From Candidatus Thorarchaeota archaeon (GTDB lineage Archaea > Asgardarchaeota > Thorarchaeia > Thorarchaeales > Thorarchaeaceae): a DNA stretch of 62,411 nucleotides. Under the pieces are notes generated by a model. The model had not been told where the DNA came from, searched no databases, and saw only the letters and a program-made list of their open reading frames with translations. Below, in pieces: positions 1 to 9,630 of this stretch. A program made the translations under genes and the position numbers. How positions within the stretch are numbered: position 1 is the first letter of the stretch; each line of letters opens with the position of its first letter. Location of the stretch: positions 79,340-141,750 of the forward strand of contig JBHLRQ010000001.1 in assembly GCA_048882385.1 (NCBI GenBank), in the 5' to 3' direction.

Positions 1-174
1 ATGGGCTGCTTGGTGTCCATGAGCACCTCCTCCAAGAACTACAATAAGTTCGCCTTTGTGTGATTTTAGCTCATTAACAATTCGAGATAGATTTTCATCA
101 TTTATCATAGGCGGTGAAGATCCTTTGTGAGTAATCACAGAGCCGCCTAATTTCACGATAATAGAACTTTCCAA
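1..174 (-). CDS. ipk: Isopentenyl phosphate kinase / amino-acid-kinase family, 5' part only (runs off left edge)
   Basis: Manual translation from TTG 174: [18 protein letters not shown]...[15 protein letters not shown]; KLGGSVIT and GGGxxGH motifs. Not in ORF track. Confidence 0.8.
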   Translation of the reverse strand, partial: MESSIIVKLGGSVITHKGSSPPMINDENLSRIVNELKSHKGELIVVLGGGAHGHQAAH

Positions 175-323
175 TTACATCACTCAAATGTTCAATCCCA
201 AGTCTTACTTATGGACATTGCTTTTCTTCTGAGGAGATTGAATGTTTCCTACACAAGACAAGGTTTTTATCCAGTTCACATTTGGGAAACTTCGGACACC
301 TCCTTATGTTGAGGGAATTCTAT

Positions 324-635
324 ATGACTCAGCGAGCAAGAATTAGACTATCAAGCACAAGTACTGAGCACCTAGATGGTGTGTGTAATCAAATTAAGAG
401 GATTACTCGTAAGACAGGTGTCCGGATGGCAGGTCCAATACCACTTCCCACTCGTAGAATGGTTGTTCCTACAAGAAAAACACCTTGCGGACAAGGCTCT
501 GAGTCTTGGGACAAATGGGAGATGAGAGTTCACAAACGTTTGATTGATATTGATGCTGATGAAAGAGCTATTCGACAGATAATGCGAGTTCGAATTCCTG
601 ACTCAGTGTACATAGAAATCGAACTGACTGGCTAA
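324..635 (+). CDS. rps10: 30S ribosomal protein uS10
   Basis: RARIRL...GPIPLPT...[25 protein letters not shown]; ATG 324 preferred over TTG 282. Confidence 0.97.
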   Translation: MTQRARIRLSSTSTEHLDGVCNQIKRITRKTGVRMAGPIPLPTRRMVVPTRKTPCGQGSESWDKWEMRVHKRLIDIDADERAIRQIMRVRIPDSVYIEIELTG

Positions 636-705
636 TTTTCACCGATACAAAGGCTTTTTGCACAATTCTACAAAGGACTTCTACCGTTGATGAGGAATCC
701 TGAAG

Positions 706-2529
706 ATGTGTGGAATAATTGGCGTTGTCCAGAAGCGTGGTGTTGTAGCACCTTTTCTGCATCAGGCATTGAAACGTCTTGAGTATCGAGGTTATGACTC
801 GGTAGGTGTAACTACAATTTCAGGTGATAAACTTCATGTCAAAAAAGACAAAGGCAAAATTGAGGAAGTGCATCGAAGACTAAACCTTGATGAGATGCCC
901 GGGTCTATAGGTATTGGTCATACACGATGGGCTACTCATGGAGTTCCTTCATTTCTAAATTCTCATCCACATTTTGATTGCCAAGATGAAATTGCTGTTG
1001 TTCATAATGGCGTGATAGACAATTTTATGGAACTCAGATTAGAACTAAGTGAAAAGGGACACAAATTCGATTCTGAAACTGATACTGAAATAATTCCGCA
1101 TATGCTTGAGGATTATATGAATGAAGGGCTCGATTTATCCGAGGCATTGAAGAAAGTTACTAGGCGAATAGAAGGAACTTATGCAATAGTTGCTATGTCA
1201 ACAAAAGATAATGGAAAGATAGTATGTACACGTGATGGTAATCCACTTGTAATAGGTACAAAATCTGGGGCATCATACGTGTCTTCAGATATACCAGCCT
1301 TTCTTCCATTGACCAATGATATGATTCTACTTCTAGATGGTGAGATTGCATGCCTAACTACTGATGAAATAAAAATAGAGAAACTCTCAGATGGATCGTC
1401 AGTAAAACGTGATACTATAAAGATAAGCTGGACTGCAGACCAAGCACAGAAAAGTGGATATCCTCATTTCATGTTGAAAGAGATTCATGAGCAGCCAGAA
1501 GCAATTCGGAATACCCTTAGACTTCGTTCTGAGAATATACGAGAAGCTGCTGAGATAATCAAATCATCTGACAAGGTATTCATGTTGGCTATGGGAACCT
1601 CTGGCCATGCTGCAATAGCTGGACGACACATGTTTGCATCACTGGCTGGTGTATTACCCTCATTTGAGTTGGCAAGTGATTTTCAGGATACGGTTTATGA
1701 TGCTTTATCAGAGAATGACTGTATTATTGCTATTACACAATCTGGTGAAACAACAGATACGATAAGTGCTGTAAAATATGCAAAGACATTTGGTACTAAA
1801 ATTGTGGCGATTACAAATGTGGTAGGAAGCTCAATCACTAGACTCGCTGATCACACAATAATCACTCAAGCTGGACCTGAGATTGGAGTTGCAGCAACGA
1901 AGACCTTCATGGTGCAGCTAACTTCACTTGCATTGATTGCTTTGGAGTTGGGTAAGATAACTGGGTTTAATGATGATACAGTCCTTCAGAAAAAACTAGA
2001 ATCTCTACAAAAGATGCCGGAGCTAGTTTCAGATGTAATTTCACGAAATGAGGAGAAAGCAAGAAGTCTAGCAGCTCTCTTCTATAACAAACCAAGTCTT
2101 CTCTTTCTTGGTCGAGGAATTTCGATAGCCACTGCTGAAGAGGGTGCACTCAAGTTGAAAGAGATTGCATACAATCATGCTGAGGCGTATTCAGCAGGTG
2201 AATCAAAACATGGTCCTATTGCACTAGTTCAGGATGGGTATCCAGTTATATTCATAGTTCCAAATGATGATACTAGAAGTAGAATAATTGGTAATATCAT
2301 GGAAATGAAGGCAAGGGGAGCGTCAATCATATCAGTAATTCAGAAAGGTGATGATGACATATCGAGTCTTTCAGATCATTCATTCATAATTCCTAGTGAA
2401 GCAGAACCAGAATTTTCAATACTGCCTTATATCGTTCCCTTGCAACTCTTTAGTTACTATATGGCATTGAGAAAGGGTTATGATCCAGACAAACCTAGAA
2501 ATCTTGCTAAATCCGTAACTGTTCTTTGA
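706..2529 (+). CDS. glmS: Glutamine-fructose-6-phosphate transaminase (isomerizing)
   Basis: N-terminal MCGIIG, LEYRGYDS, GHTRWATHG, two SIS domains, C-terminal PRNLAKSVTV. Confidence 0.98.
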   Translation: MCGIIGVVQKRGVVAPFLHQALKRLEYRGYDSVGVTTISGDKLHVKKDKGKIEEVHRRLNLDEMPGSIGIGHTRWATHGVPSFLNSHPHFDCQDEIAVVHNGVIDNFMELRLELSEKGHKFDSETDTEIIPHMLEDYMNEGLDLSEALKKVTRRIEGTYAIVAMSTKDNGKIVCTRDGNPLVIGTKSGASYVSSDIPAFLPLTNDMILLLDGEIACLTTDEIKIEKLSDGSSVKRDTIKISWTADQAQKSGYPHFMLKEIHEQPEAIRNTLRLRSENIREAAEIIKSSDKVFMLAMGTSGHAAIAGRHMFASLAGVLPSFELASDFQDTVYDALSENDCIIAITQSGETTDTISAVKYAKTFGTKIVAITNVVGSSITRLADHTIITQAGPEIGVAATKTFMVQLTSLALIALELGKITGFNDDTVLQKKLESLQKMPELVSDVISRNEEKARSLAALFYNKPSLLFLGRGISIATAEEGALKLKEIAYNHAEAYSAGESKHGPIALVQDGYPVIFIVPNDDTRSRIIGNIMEMKARGASIISVIQKGDDDISSLSDHSFIIPSEAEPEFSILPYIVPLQLFSYYMALRKGYDPDKPRNLAKSVTVL

Positions 2530-2549
2530 GGTCTTTAAATTCACAATAG

Positions 2550-2822
2550 ATGTTAGATTATTGTGTGAAACCAATGTGGTCATATTCGATTCTAAGCCCA
2601 CTCTCTGATTTTGCAAACCTGATAGCAGTTTACTTCATGGAAATTTGGGATTTCTTGATTTTTATTGGAAACATTTCTGCATTCGTAGTTGTACTTGCAG
2701 GTGCAATACTTTGGTTTACAGGTGTTAATGCAACAAAGGGAAAGGGATTAGTCTTGAGTGGAATCCTTCTTGCAATCATTGTACAATATTTTGTGTTTTA
2801 TCCACCAGTCTTCTCATTATAG
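2550..2822 (+). CDS. Small membrane protein, two hydrophobic helices
   Basis: Hydrophobic segments separated by ATKGKG; start uncertain. Confidence 0.6.
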   Translation: MLDYCVKPMWSYSILSPLSDFANLIAVYFMEIWDFLIFIGNISAFVVVLAGAILWFTGVNATKGKGLVLSGILLAIIVQYFVFYPPVFSL

Positions 2823-4025
2823 TAACTGATCGGATATAATCACAAGTGTGTCTATTAGATGATCAATATCTGACATTGAATTGTATGCATGGATTGATGC
2901 TTGAATAATACCATCAGTTGACATAGCCTGAACCAAGGGATGAGCACAGATGAGACCACTTCTAATAGCTATATTCGATTCATCAAGGAATAATGCAATG
3001 TCGTGACAGTTTACAATTTCTGGACTAAGATTGAAACCAAATATTGTAGTGTTTTCATCAGGTCTGCCATAAATGATAATGTTGTCCAGTTCGATCAACC
3101 GTTTTTGCATATACTTGGATAATGTTTTCAAATGGAGGTCAAACTTTTGGGAATATAGAATTTTGAGATACTCTAAGGATGCATCCAGTCCTGCAATTGC
3201 AGGTACATTCAAGTAACCTGGTTCGAATTTGTCTGGTTGCATGGCTGGTTCAAATGAACCATTTTGAACATCTGAAACTGCAGAACCCCCTAATATTCCT
3301 GGACGATATGTTTCACCCAATGTTTTGTCAATCCATTGAATAGCCAATCCTGGTGGACCCATAAGACCTACATTAGCGGAAAAAATCAGGACATCAGAAC
3401 CTAACGATGTGATAGATTTGTCAAATCCAGCTGAGCGGGTTGCATCTGTTAGTAAAAGTGCATCAGTTTTGTGAACAATTTCTGCTATCTCATCTATCGG
3501 ATTTTTCATTCCAATTCCAGGTGATACATGACCAACTGCTACAAAGCCTGTTTTATCATCAATGGAATCTTCTAGTTTGGAGAGTGACAAAACTCCATCA
3601 CTATCTATGGGTACGATTTCGACTTTCAAGTCAAGTACTTCAGCAGCACGTAATAATGCAACTAGAATAGAGTTCTCTTCACTCTGCGCTATCACGATTT
3701 TGTTCTTATTAGATAATTTCCAGTCATATCCATAAACCAATGATCCGATTGCAGTAGGAATGGATTTTTGGAATGATATCTGTGACTTGTTGCTGCTGAA
3801 AAATTGTGCTAACGAGCTCCGAACATCTTCAACAATTGCACTACCCCTAACTGCAAACTTGTGTGCTCCACGGCGTGCAGATGCTACAACAGAATTTAGG
3901 AAATTGCTTGTTGCAGCCACTGCCGATTTGGGTACAAGTGTAGTGCTTGCAGAATCTAAGTAGACTAGGTTTGGATATTGGTCATAGATGCTGAAGTCTT
4001 GTTTTATGTCAAGTCTGTCAGTCAT
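2817..4025 (-). CDS. SufS/Csd-like class V aminotransferase-fold protein with degenerate PLP site
   Basis: VYLDSASTT, KFEPGYLN, RSGLICAHPL; usual SGHK lysine replaced (FSANVGLMGPPG); ATG 4025 preferred. Confidence 0.85.
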   Translation of the reverse strand: MTDRLDIKQDFSIYDQYPNLVYLDSASTTLVPKSAVAATSNFLNSVVASARRGAHKFAVRGSAIVEDVRSSLAQFFSSNKSQISFQKSIPTAIGSLVYGYDWKLSNKNKIVIAQSEENSILVALLRAAEVLDLKVEIVPIDSDGVLSLSKLEDSIDDKTGFVAVGHVSPGIGMKNPIDEIAEIVHKTDALLLTDATRSAGFDKSITSLGSDVLIFSANVGLMGPPGLAIQWIDKTLGETYRPGILGGSAVSDVQNGSFEPAMQPDKFEPGYLNVPAIAGLDASLEYLKILYSQKFDLHLKTLSKYMQKRLIELDNIIIYGRPDENTTIFGFNLSPEIVNCHDIALFLDESNIAIRSGLICAHPLVQAMSTDGIIQASIHAYNSMSDIDHLIDTLVIISDQLL

Positions 4026-4087
4026 GATTAAGTTAGATGGGACAAGCGGCTTTAATACCATGCTGTACACTGGTCGCTACGATAAAA

Positions 4088-5074
4088 GTGCTTGAGAGTC
4101 CAATAGAAGGATGTTTTATTGTAACTATTGACAATCTCATCTTTGAGGTTAAAGGAGTAGTTCATCCAAAGGATCGGATTATTGCATACCTTCGCTATAT
4201 TCCTTCGATAGATTCGGATAGTGGATTCAGAAAGGTGTACAATCTTGAGGAACGAGAGAACTATCTCAGAGAGAACTATCCAGATTATTTGTGGTACAGC
4301 GAACCTTATGGAAGATTGATACAGTCAGTTTCGATGAATAAGATTGAATCAATTCTTGATCCTGTAGATTATTTAGCTCAGTTGCAGAGCACAGATAAGA
4401 TAACACATCTAGAACAGGTATCTGTTACCCTAGCAAAGAAATTAGTAGAAACTACTGAGATTGATTGGAGAGATATTGGACTAACAGGTTCTCAGCTTAT
4501 TGGTGTGGCAGGTAAAGATTCTGATATTGATTTGGTAATATATGGATCATCAGCTTGTCGAAAATTCTACTCTAATCTCTCAGCAAGAATTAATAGTATT
4601 CTTGAAATCGAGAAATATTCTGGTAAGCTACTGGAAGACCATGTTTCATTTAGATGGGGAGCTCATAATGAATTACGTTCTCTTCTTCTAGAGATTGAGA
4701 GAGATAAATTGTTACAGGGTTTGATTGGTAACTATCATTTCTTCATTAGATTGGTAAAGACGCCAAGTGATCTTGACTATGATTATGGTGATTTGTCTTA
4801 TCAGATGTTGGGTCATCAAAAAGTATCTGGAAAAGTGATTGATAGTAGTGATTCAATATTTACACCCTGTGAATATCAAGTAACATGTGTCAGTAATCCA
4901 AATCTTGAGAAACTTGTAAGCTATCGAGGAAGATTTACAGAACATGTTTCAGCAGAAGATAAGTTTGAAGCATTTGGAAGACTTGAGTTAGTAATAGATC
5001 ACAAAGTTGACAGTCAGTATATGCAACTAGTACTGGGTGAACTTCCTAGTGATTATCTGATTCCTATCAAGTAA
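4088..5074 (+). CDS. Predicted nucleotidyltransferase (Pol-beta superfamily, COG1665-like)
   Basis: GLTGSQLIG...SDIDLVIYG signature; N-terminal FEVKG..HP..RIIAYLRY; GTG 4088 preferred. Confidence 0.75.
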   Translation: MLESPIEGCFIVTIDNLIFEVKGVVHPKDRIIAYLRYIPSIDSDSGFRKVYNLEERENYLRENYPDYLWYSEPYGRLIQSVSMNKIESILDPVDYLAQLQSTDKITHLEQVSVTLAKKLVETTEIDWRDIGLTGSQLIGVAGKDSDIDLVIYGSSACRKFYSNLSARINSILEIEKYSGKLLEDHVSFRWGAHNELRSLLLEIERDKLLQGLIGNYHFFIRLVKTPSDLDYDYGDLSYQMLGHQKVSGKVIDSSDSIFTPCEYQVTCVSNPNLEKLVSYRGRFTEHVSAEDKFEAFGRLELVIDHKVDSQYMQLVLGELPSDYLIPIK

Positions 5075-5092
5075 TCATACATCGATTCTGAA

Positions 5093-5532
5093 TTCACAAT
5101 CTGTTCATGTTTACATAAATTCACACATAGTTAGTGTGAATGGCGCCAATATTGTGAACACTCTGTGAGAAACAGTCATCTTATCGCCTTAAGAATAGAA
5201 TAGAGGTACGATATATGCGGTGATGCCTGTGAATAAGCACACCCCTTCGTTTCCAGTGGAAACAGGTAAGAAGAGATATGAAATGCTTTCATGTTCATTC
5301 ACAAGGTTCATAGATTAGTGAATAATGAAACAAATGGAGAGTCCCGTTTATTTACCAAAAAAAGACCTCATAATCCTTTTTTGTGTTCAAATGGACTTCA
5401 CAGGACGTCAGCACAGTAAATACAGGGTGGACGAGGTCTTTATGTGTACAGACGCACTATGTCGCTCTTATCTTGGTATAGATAATTCACATACTCACAC
5501 TTATTTGCAATATCATTATAGTTGATTGTGAA
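5093..5532. repeat. Cluster of nine TGTGAA/TTCACA boxes
   Basis: Copies start at 5093, 5120, 5135, 5153, 5228, 5298, 5397, 5486, 5527; includes inverted repeat ATTCACAC-N7-GTGTGAAT at 5119-5141. Confidence 0.8.
5241..5263 (-). promoter_or_regulatory. ORB-like element (origin recognition box)
   Basis: Reverse complement reads GTTTCCACTGGAAACGAAGGGGT: TTCCAxTGGAAA dyad plus G-string, as in archaeal ORBs. Confidence 0.75.
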
Positions 5533-5559
5533 TAGTCAATAGTATAGGAGATTCAATAA

Positions 5560-6186
5560 TTGACAGACGACAGGAGTAACTATGTGTATGAATTCACTTA
5601 TAGCTCAGCTCCTGGTCTACGCGAGATCTTTCAGTGTAAGTATGTCCAACCGGATGAGGCTCTCAACAGATTTAGGAAAATACTAGCATTGACCGAATCA
5701 CCCTTTGATTTCAAGATAGTCGTATCAGATGAAACAATGGGAGAAGAATCTAGTTTTCAGGTCAAAGGTGGTAGTATCGAGGAAATGTTTGTCAAGTTTA
5801 AGGTCTTCTTGGAAACAAGTACCGGATATATCTTTGAACCAGTCAGTAAAGAAACCACAGAGGTCGGATTAGAAGATACACGATTTGAATCTATGAGTAA
5901 CTATGACAAGATGCAAGTGATAATCTATGCATCCTTTAAACATGGAAAGTTCTCCTCTCTCGATGTTACTGAAATCTATCAAGACTCTTTCAATGAAGAT
6001 TTGCCTAAGAGTACAGTATCTACCTATCTTGCTAGAATGTGGAATAATGGAAAGGGCCATCTAGAGAGATATGGAAATCGTTCTGGTTATACGTATAGAC
6101 TTCGAACAGAAATTGCAGAAGTCCAGAAAGAAACTGAAAGAGCAGAAGAGCTTTTAGCTGCCATACAAATGCGAGTTGGGGAATGA
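5560..6186 (+). CDS. Hypothetical protein with C-terminal winged helix-turn-helix
   Basis: FSSLDVTEIYQDSFNEDLPKSTVSTYLARM...LERYGNRSGYTYRL fits a wHTH pattern; SD-like AGGAG upstream. Confidence 0.7.
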   Translation: MTDDRSNYVYEFTYSSAPGLREIFQCKYVQPDEALNRFRKILALTESPFDFKIVVSDETMGEESSFQVKGGSIEEMFVKFKVFLETSTGYIFEPVSKETTEVGLEDTRFESMSNYDKMQVIIYASFKHGKFSSLDVTEIYQDSFNEDLPKSTVSTYLARMWNNGKGHLERYGNRSGYTYRLRTEIAEVQKETERAEELLAAIQMRVGE

Positions 6187-6215
6187 AATCAGGTCACTCC
6201 CCATCAATTTGACTG

Positions 6216-7532
6216 TCACAAATCAAAGACTTTTTCGTCCATCTTGATATCAAGAGATTCTAATTCCTCTAGAATAGGTTCATAGATTTCGGGAATAATA
6301 GGTCTATGAACTCCGGTTAAGGAAATCTCACCTTCTAAGATCATCCTGCTTGCTATAGCAACAGGTAGAGCTACAGTTCTTGACATCGAGCTGTCACCAT
6401 TTGGAATACCATAGTCAATGAGAGTTGAAGTGACCTTCTGTTTCTTATCGGGATATTCTACTATGAATTCATGATGCATAACTATCATATCACGCTCTCC
6501 AGGTGCATACTGTAGCTTCTCTTCAAAGAGATTACAGAGAGCGTCTAAGATTGTGTTTATACCTGAAGGAATCTGTTTTTCTTCGAATAGGCCCAACCAT
6601 TCTAGACGCTTGATGATAGGATCATCCTGTTTGATACCACATGTCTTGGCGACTGCAAGTTCAATGTCTAGTTCATCAGTTGATGTTAGCTCTCGCATGA
6701 GACCAGCATATGTTGTTCCATCAAAGGATCTTTCTTCAATATCTAGAAGACCCAGATCAGCAATTTTGTCTAGCGTATCACACCAACCAACATTTCTGAA
6801 TGTCCCACGAAGCATGGTTTTTGTTTCTTGAATGTTGTAGATATCAATGTAAGAAAGACTATCTCGGTTTGGATATCCTTCGAATGTACCTATACCGGGG
6901 ACTTCCATAAGCTCACAGTTCTGAAAGAGATCTGCGCCAGGAATTTTGATTTCTTTTCCATCTCGAAGGAATAGTGCATCATTCCGACCAGCAAGAAGTA
7001 CACCTCGTGGACTCCATGATAATTTGTAGCCGTATGGATTATTGTTAGCGTCAGGAGCTGGAAGTCCACCTGTGAAGGAAGTGAAGCTTACAATCTTACC
7101 ATTGTTATTATGAGCTTCATCAATAATCTTCATTGCACTCATGTGATCAATGCCTGGGTCGACTCCACACTCATTTAGAAGTAATATGCCAGCTTTCTTC
7201 GCATCGTTTTCAAGTGCTTTCATTTCATCGGAAATATATGATGTAGTGCAAAAGTGAGTCTTGTGTTTAATTGCAACTTTCGCGGCCTTGACATGATATG
7301 TGTAAGGTAGTAATGAACAAACAAGGTCAGCTTTCTTAGTGAGCTCTTCAAGTAGTTCATCATTTTCTGCAATATTGAAAGCGACAGCTTCTGTATTCTT
7401 GCATCCCTCGATTAGACGTTCAGCTTTACTCTTTGTACGACTAGCAACAATGACATAGAACCCATTGTCTGAGAGATATTGGATATATGGGCGAGCAACT
7501 AAGCCTGCGCCCAGACACACTATTTTTTTCAT
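6216..7532 (-). CDS. Saccharopine dehydrogenase (glutamate-forming; Lys9/AASS C-terminal type)
   Basis: LGAGLVA Rossmann motif, NECGVDPGIDHM, YKLSWSPRGVL, EGYPNRDS, MSRTVALP. Confidence 0.92.
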   Translation of the reverse strand: MKKIVCLGAGLVARPYIQYLSDNGFYVIVASRTKSKAERLIEGCKNTEAVAFNIAENDELLEELTKKADLVCSLLPYTYHVKAAKVAIKHKTHFCTTSYISDEMKALENDAKKAGILLLNECGVDPGIDHMSAMKIIDEAHNNNGKIVSFTSFTGGLPAPDANNNPYGYKLSWSPRGVLLAGRNDALFLRDGKEIKIPGADLFQNCELMEVPGIGTFEGYPNRDSLSYIDIYNIQETKTMLRGTFRNVGWCDTLDKIADLGLLDIEERSFDGTTYAGLMRELTSTDELDIELAVAKTCGIKQDDPIIKRLEWLGLFEEKQIPSGINTILDALCNLFEEKLQYAPGERDMIVMHHEFIVEYPDKKQKVTSTLIDYGIPNGDSSMSRTVALPVAIASRMILEGEISLTGVHRPIIPEIYEPILEELESLDIKMDEKVFDL

Positions 7533-7543
7533 TCGTTGTTCTC

Positions 7544-8836
7544 CTATTGGATATATTGTGTGAGATATTGATAGTTCTCAGTTAATCTACCCTGGTATAC
7601 GATTATTGCATCTTTGAGCTCTCGGGGTAGATCGAGCTCTGAAAATGGTAAAGTAAAATCTGCTCTTGCCAAAGCAGGAATAAAATCGAGAAGTGTTTCA
7701 CTGAACGACATAGATGATTCTCGTGGAAGTTCAGCTGGAAGATTGTCAACTGCCATCACGACTGGACCATCGCCTTTGACACCCAATTCAGCTCGATCCT
7801 CATCAATAATGTATGTGAATGCGGGTCTGTCTGGCTTTGTACAGTTTAAGGTAAATTCAATCGCACCTTGTACATCACATGATATGTCGCCTACAATCTG
7901 GAGTTTTCGAAAGTCTTGTTTCCAATATTTTTTAATGAACTCCTTAGTAATTAGGCGAGGATACTTATCAGACCAGTAAATGCAATTCATGAGTATAGTA
8001 ATGTGTGGAATATACTTGTGAAATATGCCTACATACTTTGCTTTTCCATTCTTGTAGTAGTCTTGAAGATCAAACTTCTGAGATGGATCTTTGGGTTCAA
8101 CCATATGTTCTTCCTTGAAAACGCATTTGTATATCAAGTCTGATTTTGGAGGCAGTCCGTCAATTTCATCTGGATTAACAACTTTGTGTGGAAGAATATT
8201 GAATATCTCTTGAGCTCCTCTTGATACATTACCATATCCTGCAAAGCCAATTACAAAAGGAGTAAGCTCTTTGGGAAGTCCCTGCTCCTTGATACGAGAA
8301 CCAAGATCAGAGAATTCCTGTTTCAGTTGGTCAATCCCTCCAAGTTCAAGAGTTGGTTTCATTTCTGCAAATGGATTAGGTCTGATACCTTGTGACTTTA
8401 GACGATTACCAAGCATTCGGAAAGTATCTGATATCCCAGCCATTCCTGCCCAGTTTCCAAAGAAGATTAGTCTTCGACCCTTATCATCAACAACACGTTC
8501 GTAATCAATCAGAGTCGCTCCAACATCCATGATTCGTTTAAGCATTGGCATATTGTAATCTTGACCCTTGATAGTGTGACTAAAGAATACATAGACAATG
8601 TTCTTTTCAAAGAAATCGATAGGCATTTCCTTGATTCCTAGTACAACAGGTGTTTTACTACCTTTTAATGGTAAAACTTCTGCCTGATACTCATCTTCTT
8701 TGAATGCTCGTTGATTGCTTGGTTCAAGAACAAATTCAATGTTATGATTTTCATTTAGTAGTTTGACATGATCAGGTATCAATGGGACTCGGGTTTCGAA
8801 TGCTTTCTCTTCTTTCCTAAGTCCAATTCGGTTCAT
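7544..8836 (-). CDS. Lysine-ketoglutarate reductase / saccharopine dehydrogenase (lysine-forming; AASS N-terminal type)
   Basis: ETRVPLIP, FFSHTIKGQ.YNMPML, LIDYE, GYGNVSRGAQEI, DISCD..GAIEF, AVDNLPAELPRESS. Confidence 0.9.
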   Translation of the reverse strand: MNRIGLRKEEKAFETRVPLIPDHVKLLNENHNIEFVLEPSNQRAFKEDEYQAEVLPLKGSKTPVVLGIKEMPIDFFEKNIVYVFFSHTIKGQDYNMPMLKRIMDVGATLIDYERVVDDKGRRLIFFGNWAGMAGISDTFRMLGNRLKSQGIRPNPFAEMKPTLELGGIDQLKQEFSDLGSRIKEQGLPKELTPFVIGFAGYGNVSRGAQEIFNILPHKVVNPDEIDGLPPKSDLIYKCVFKEEHMVEPKDPSQKFDLQDYYKNGKAKYVGIFHKYIPHITILMNCIYWSDKYPRLITKEFIKKYWKQDFRKLQIVGDISCDVQGAIEFTLNCTKPDRPAFTYIIDEDRAELGVKGDGPVVMAVDNLPAELPRESSMSFSETLLDFIPALARADFTLPFSELDLPRELKDAIIVYQGRLTENYQYLTQYIQ

Positions 8837-8966
8837 TGGATAATCTCCTATATCATGTATCAGACAATGTCGACCGCCGTGCTACCTACGCTTTAACTTT
8901 TCCGTGCAGGCTATGTATTACTAGCACTCAAAATCAGAACACGTGTTCCTTAATTGGTCGTTTCAA

Positions 8967-9257
8967 TTGAGTTCATATTTGTATCTCTATGATTGTCGTC
9001 ATGCAAGACGTACTAATGCAAGACGAGTTGCATTTACGAAGGAGCTTTACGGCTATACATATTCTTGGAAAACAAAGTCTGGAGTCAAACAGAAAAGAAA
9101 ACCTGGTCTCTTAGATGAATGTCTAGGAGCTATTGCGGTTGCTGATTCAGCAATATTAGTTCCATCTGAACATCGTATTGTTTTTGATTCTCTCTTTGAA
9201 ATGTATGAAGATATTCTAAAGATTCGGATCTATGAAGTAGTTCAAGAAATCATATAG
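8967..9257 (+). CDS. Small hypothetical protein, possible Cas2/VapD-like ferredoxin fold
   Basis: YLYLYD N-terminal strand, helix RVAFTKELYGY, VADSAILVP; TTG 8967 preferred over GTG 8943. Confidence 0.55.
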   Translation: MSSYLYLYDCRHARRTNARRVAFTKELYGYTYSWKTKSGVKQKRKPGLLDECLGAIAVADSAILVPSEHRIVFDSLFEMYEDILKIRIYEVVQEII

Positions 9258-9343
9258 AACACGTGTTCTATCTGCTAATACTTGTAATACAATGAAATTG
9301 TATCAAAAATAATCTTAGAACATGTGTTCTGAAGACATTCGAA

Positions 9344-9508
9344 CCCCCTTGTTTCCACTAGAAACTATTCAAAAATGTCTAATCGTTAAAATATCCAAAA
9401 ATATTTATAATCGTTTATTCAGCTGCCATTTATCTCCATTTTTTTAATGCATATACATACCCTCGCTGCTTGAATTCTCCATAGATCATTCCACTGGAAA
9501 TCAGGGGG
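9344..9508. promoter_or_regulatory. oriC: Candidate replication origin: two inverted ORB-like boxes flanking an AT-rich spacer
   Basis: 9344-9365 (-) GTTTCTAGTGGAAACAAGGGGG; 9489-9508 (+) TTCCACTGGAAATCAGGGGG; 123-bp AT-rich spacer. Confidence 0.7.
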
Positions 9509-9630
9509 TCTTATCCGAGAAATACTAACTAGAACACGTGTTCGAAATACAAAAAATAAGGGCTAAGACCACAAAACTGATACATCATTCGTATTCCCAC
9601 TCGAAACATCCAAACATGGAGGATTAGAGA

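Larger units (their letters stand above)
8937..9543. repeat. Four copies of palindrome GAACAYGTGTTC
   Basis: 8937-8948, 9257-9268 (within 18-bp palindrome ATAGAACACGTGTTCTAT 9254-9271), 9318-9329 (one mismatch), 9532-9543. Confidence 0.9.

Noticed and set aside
5325-5525. 66-aa ORF in the ORB/TGTGAA region
   Set aside because: No recognisable motif; lies within the repeat-rich regulatory region.
8937-9543. CRISPR array or cas locus suggested by repeats near a Cas2-like gene
   Set aside because: Repeats are 12-bp palindromes with irregular spacing (320, 61, 214 bp); no other cas genes.
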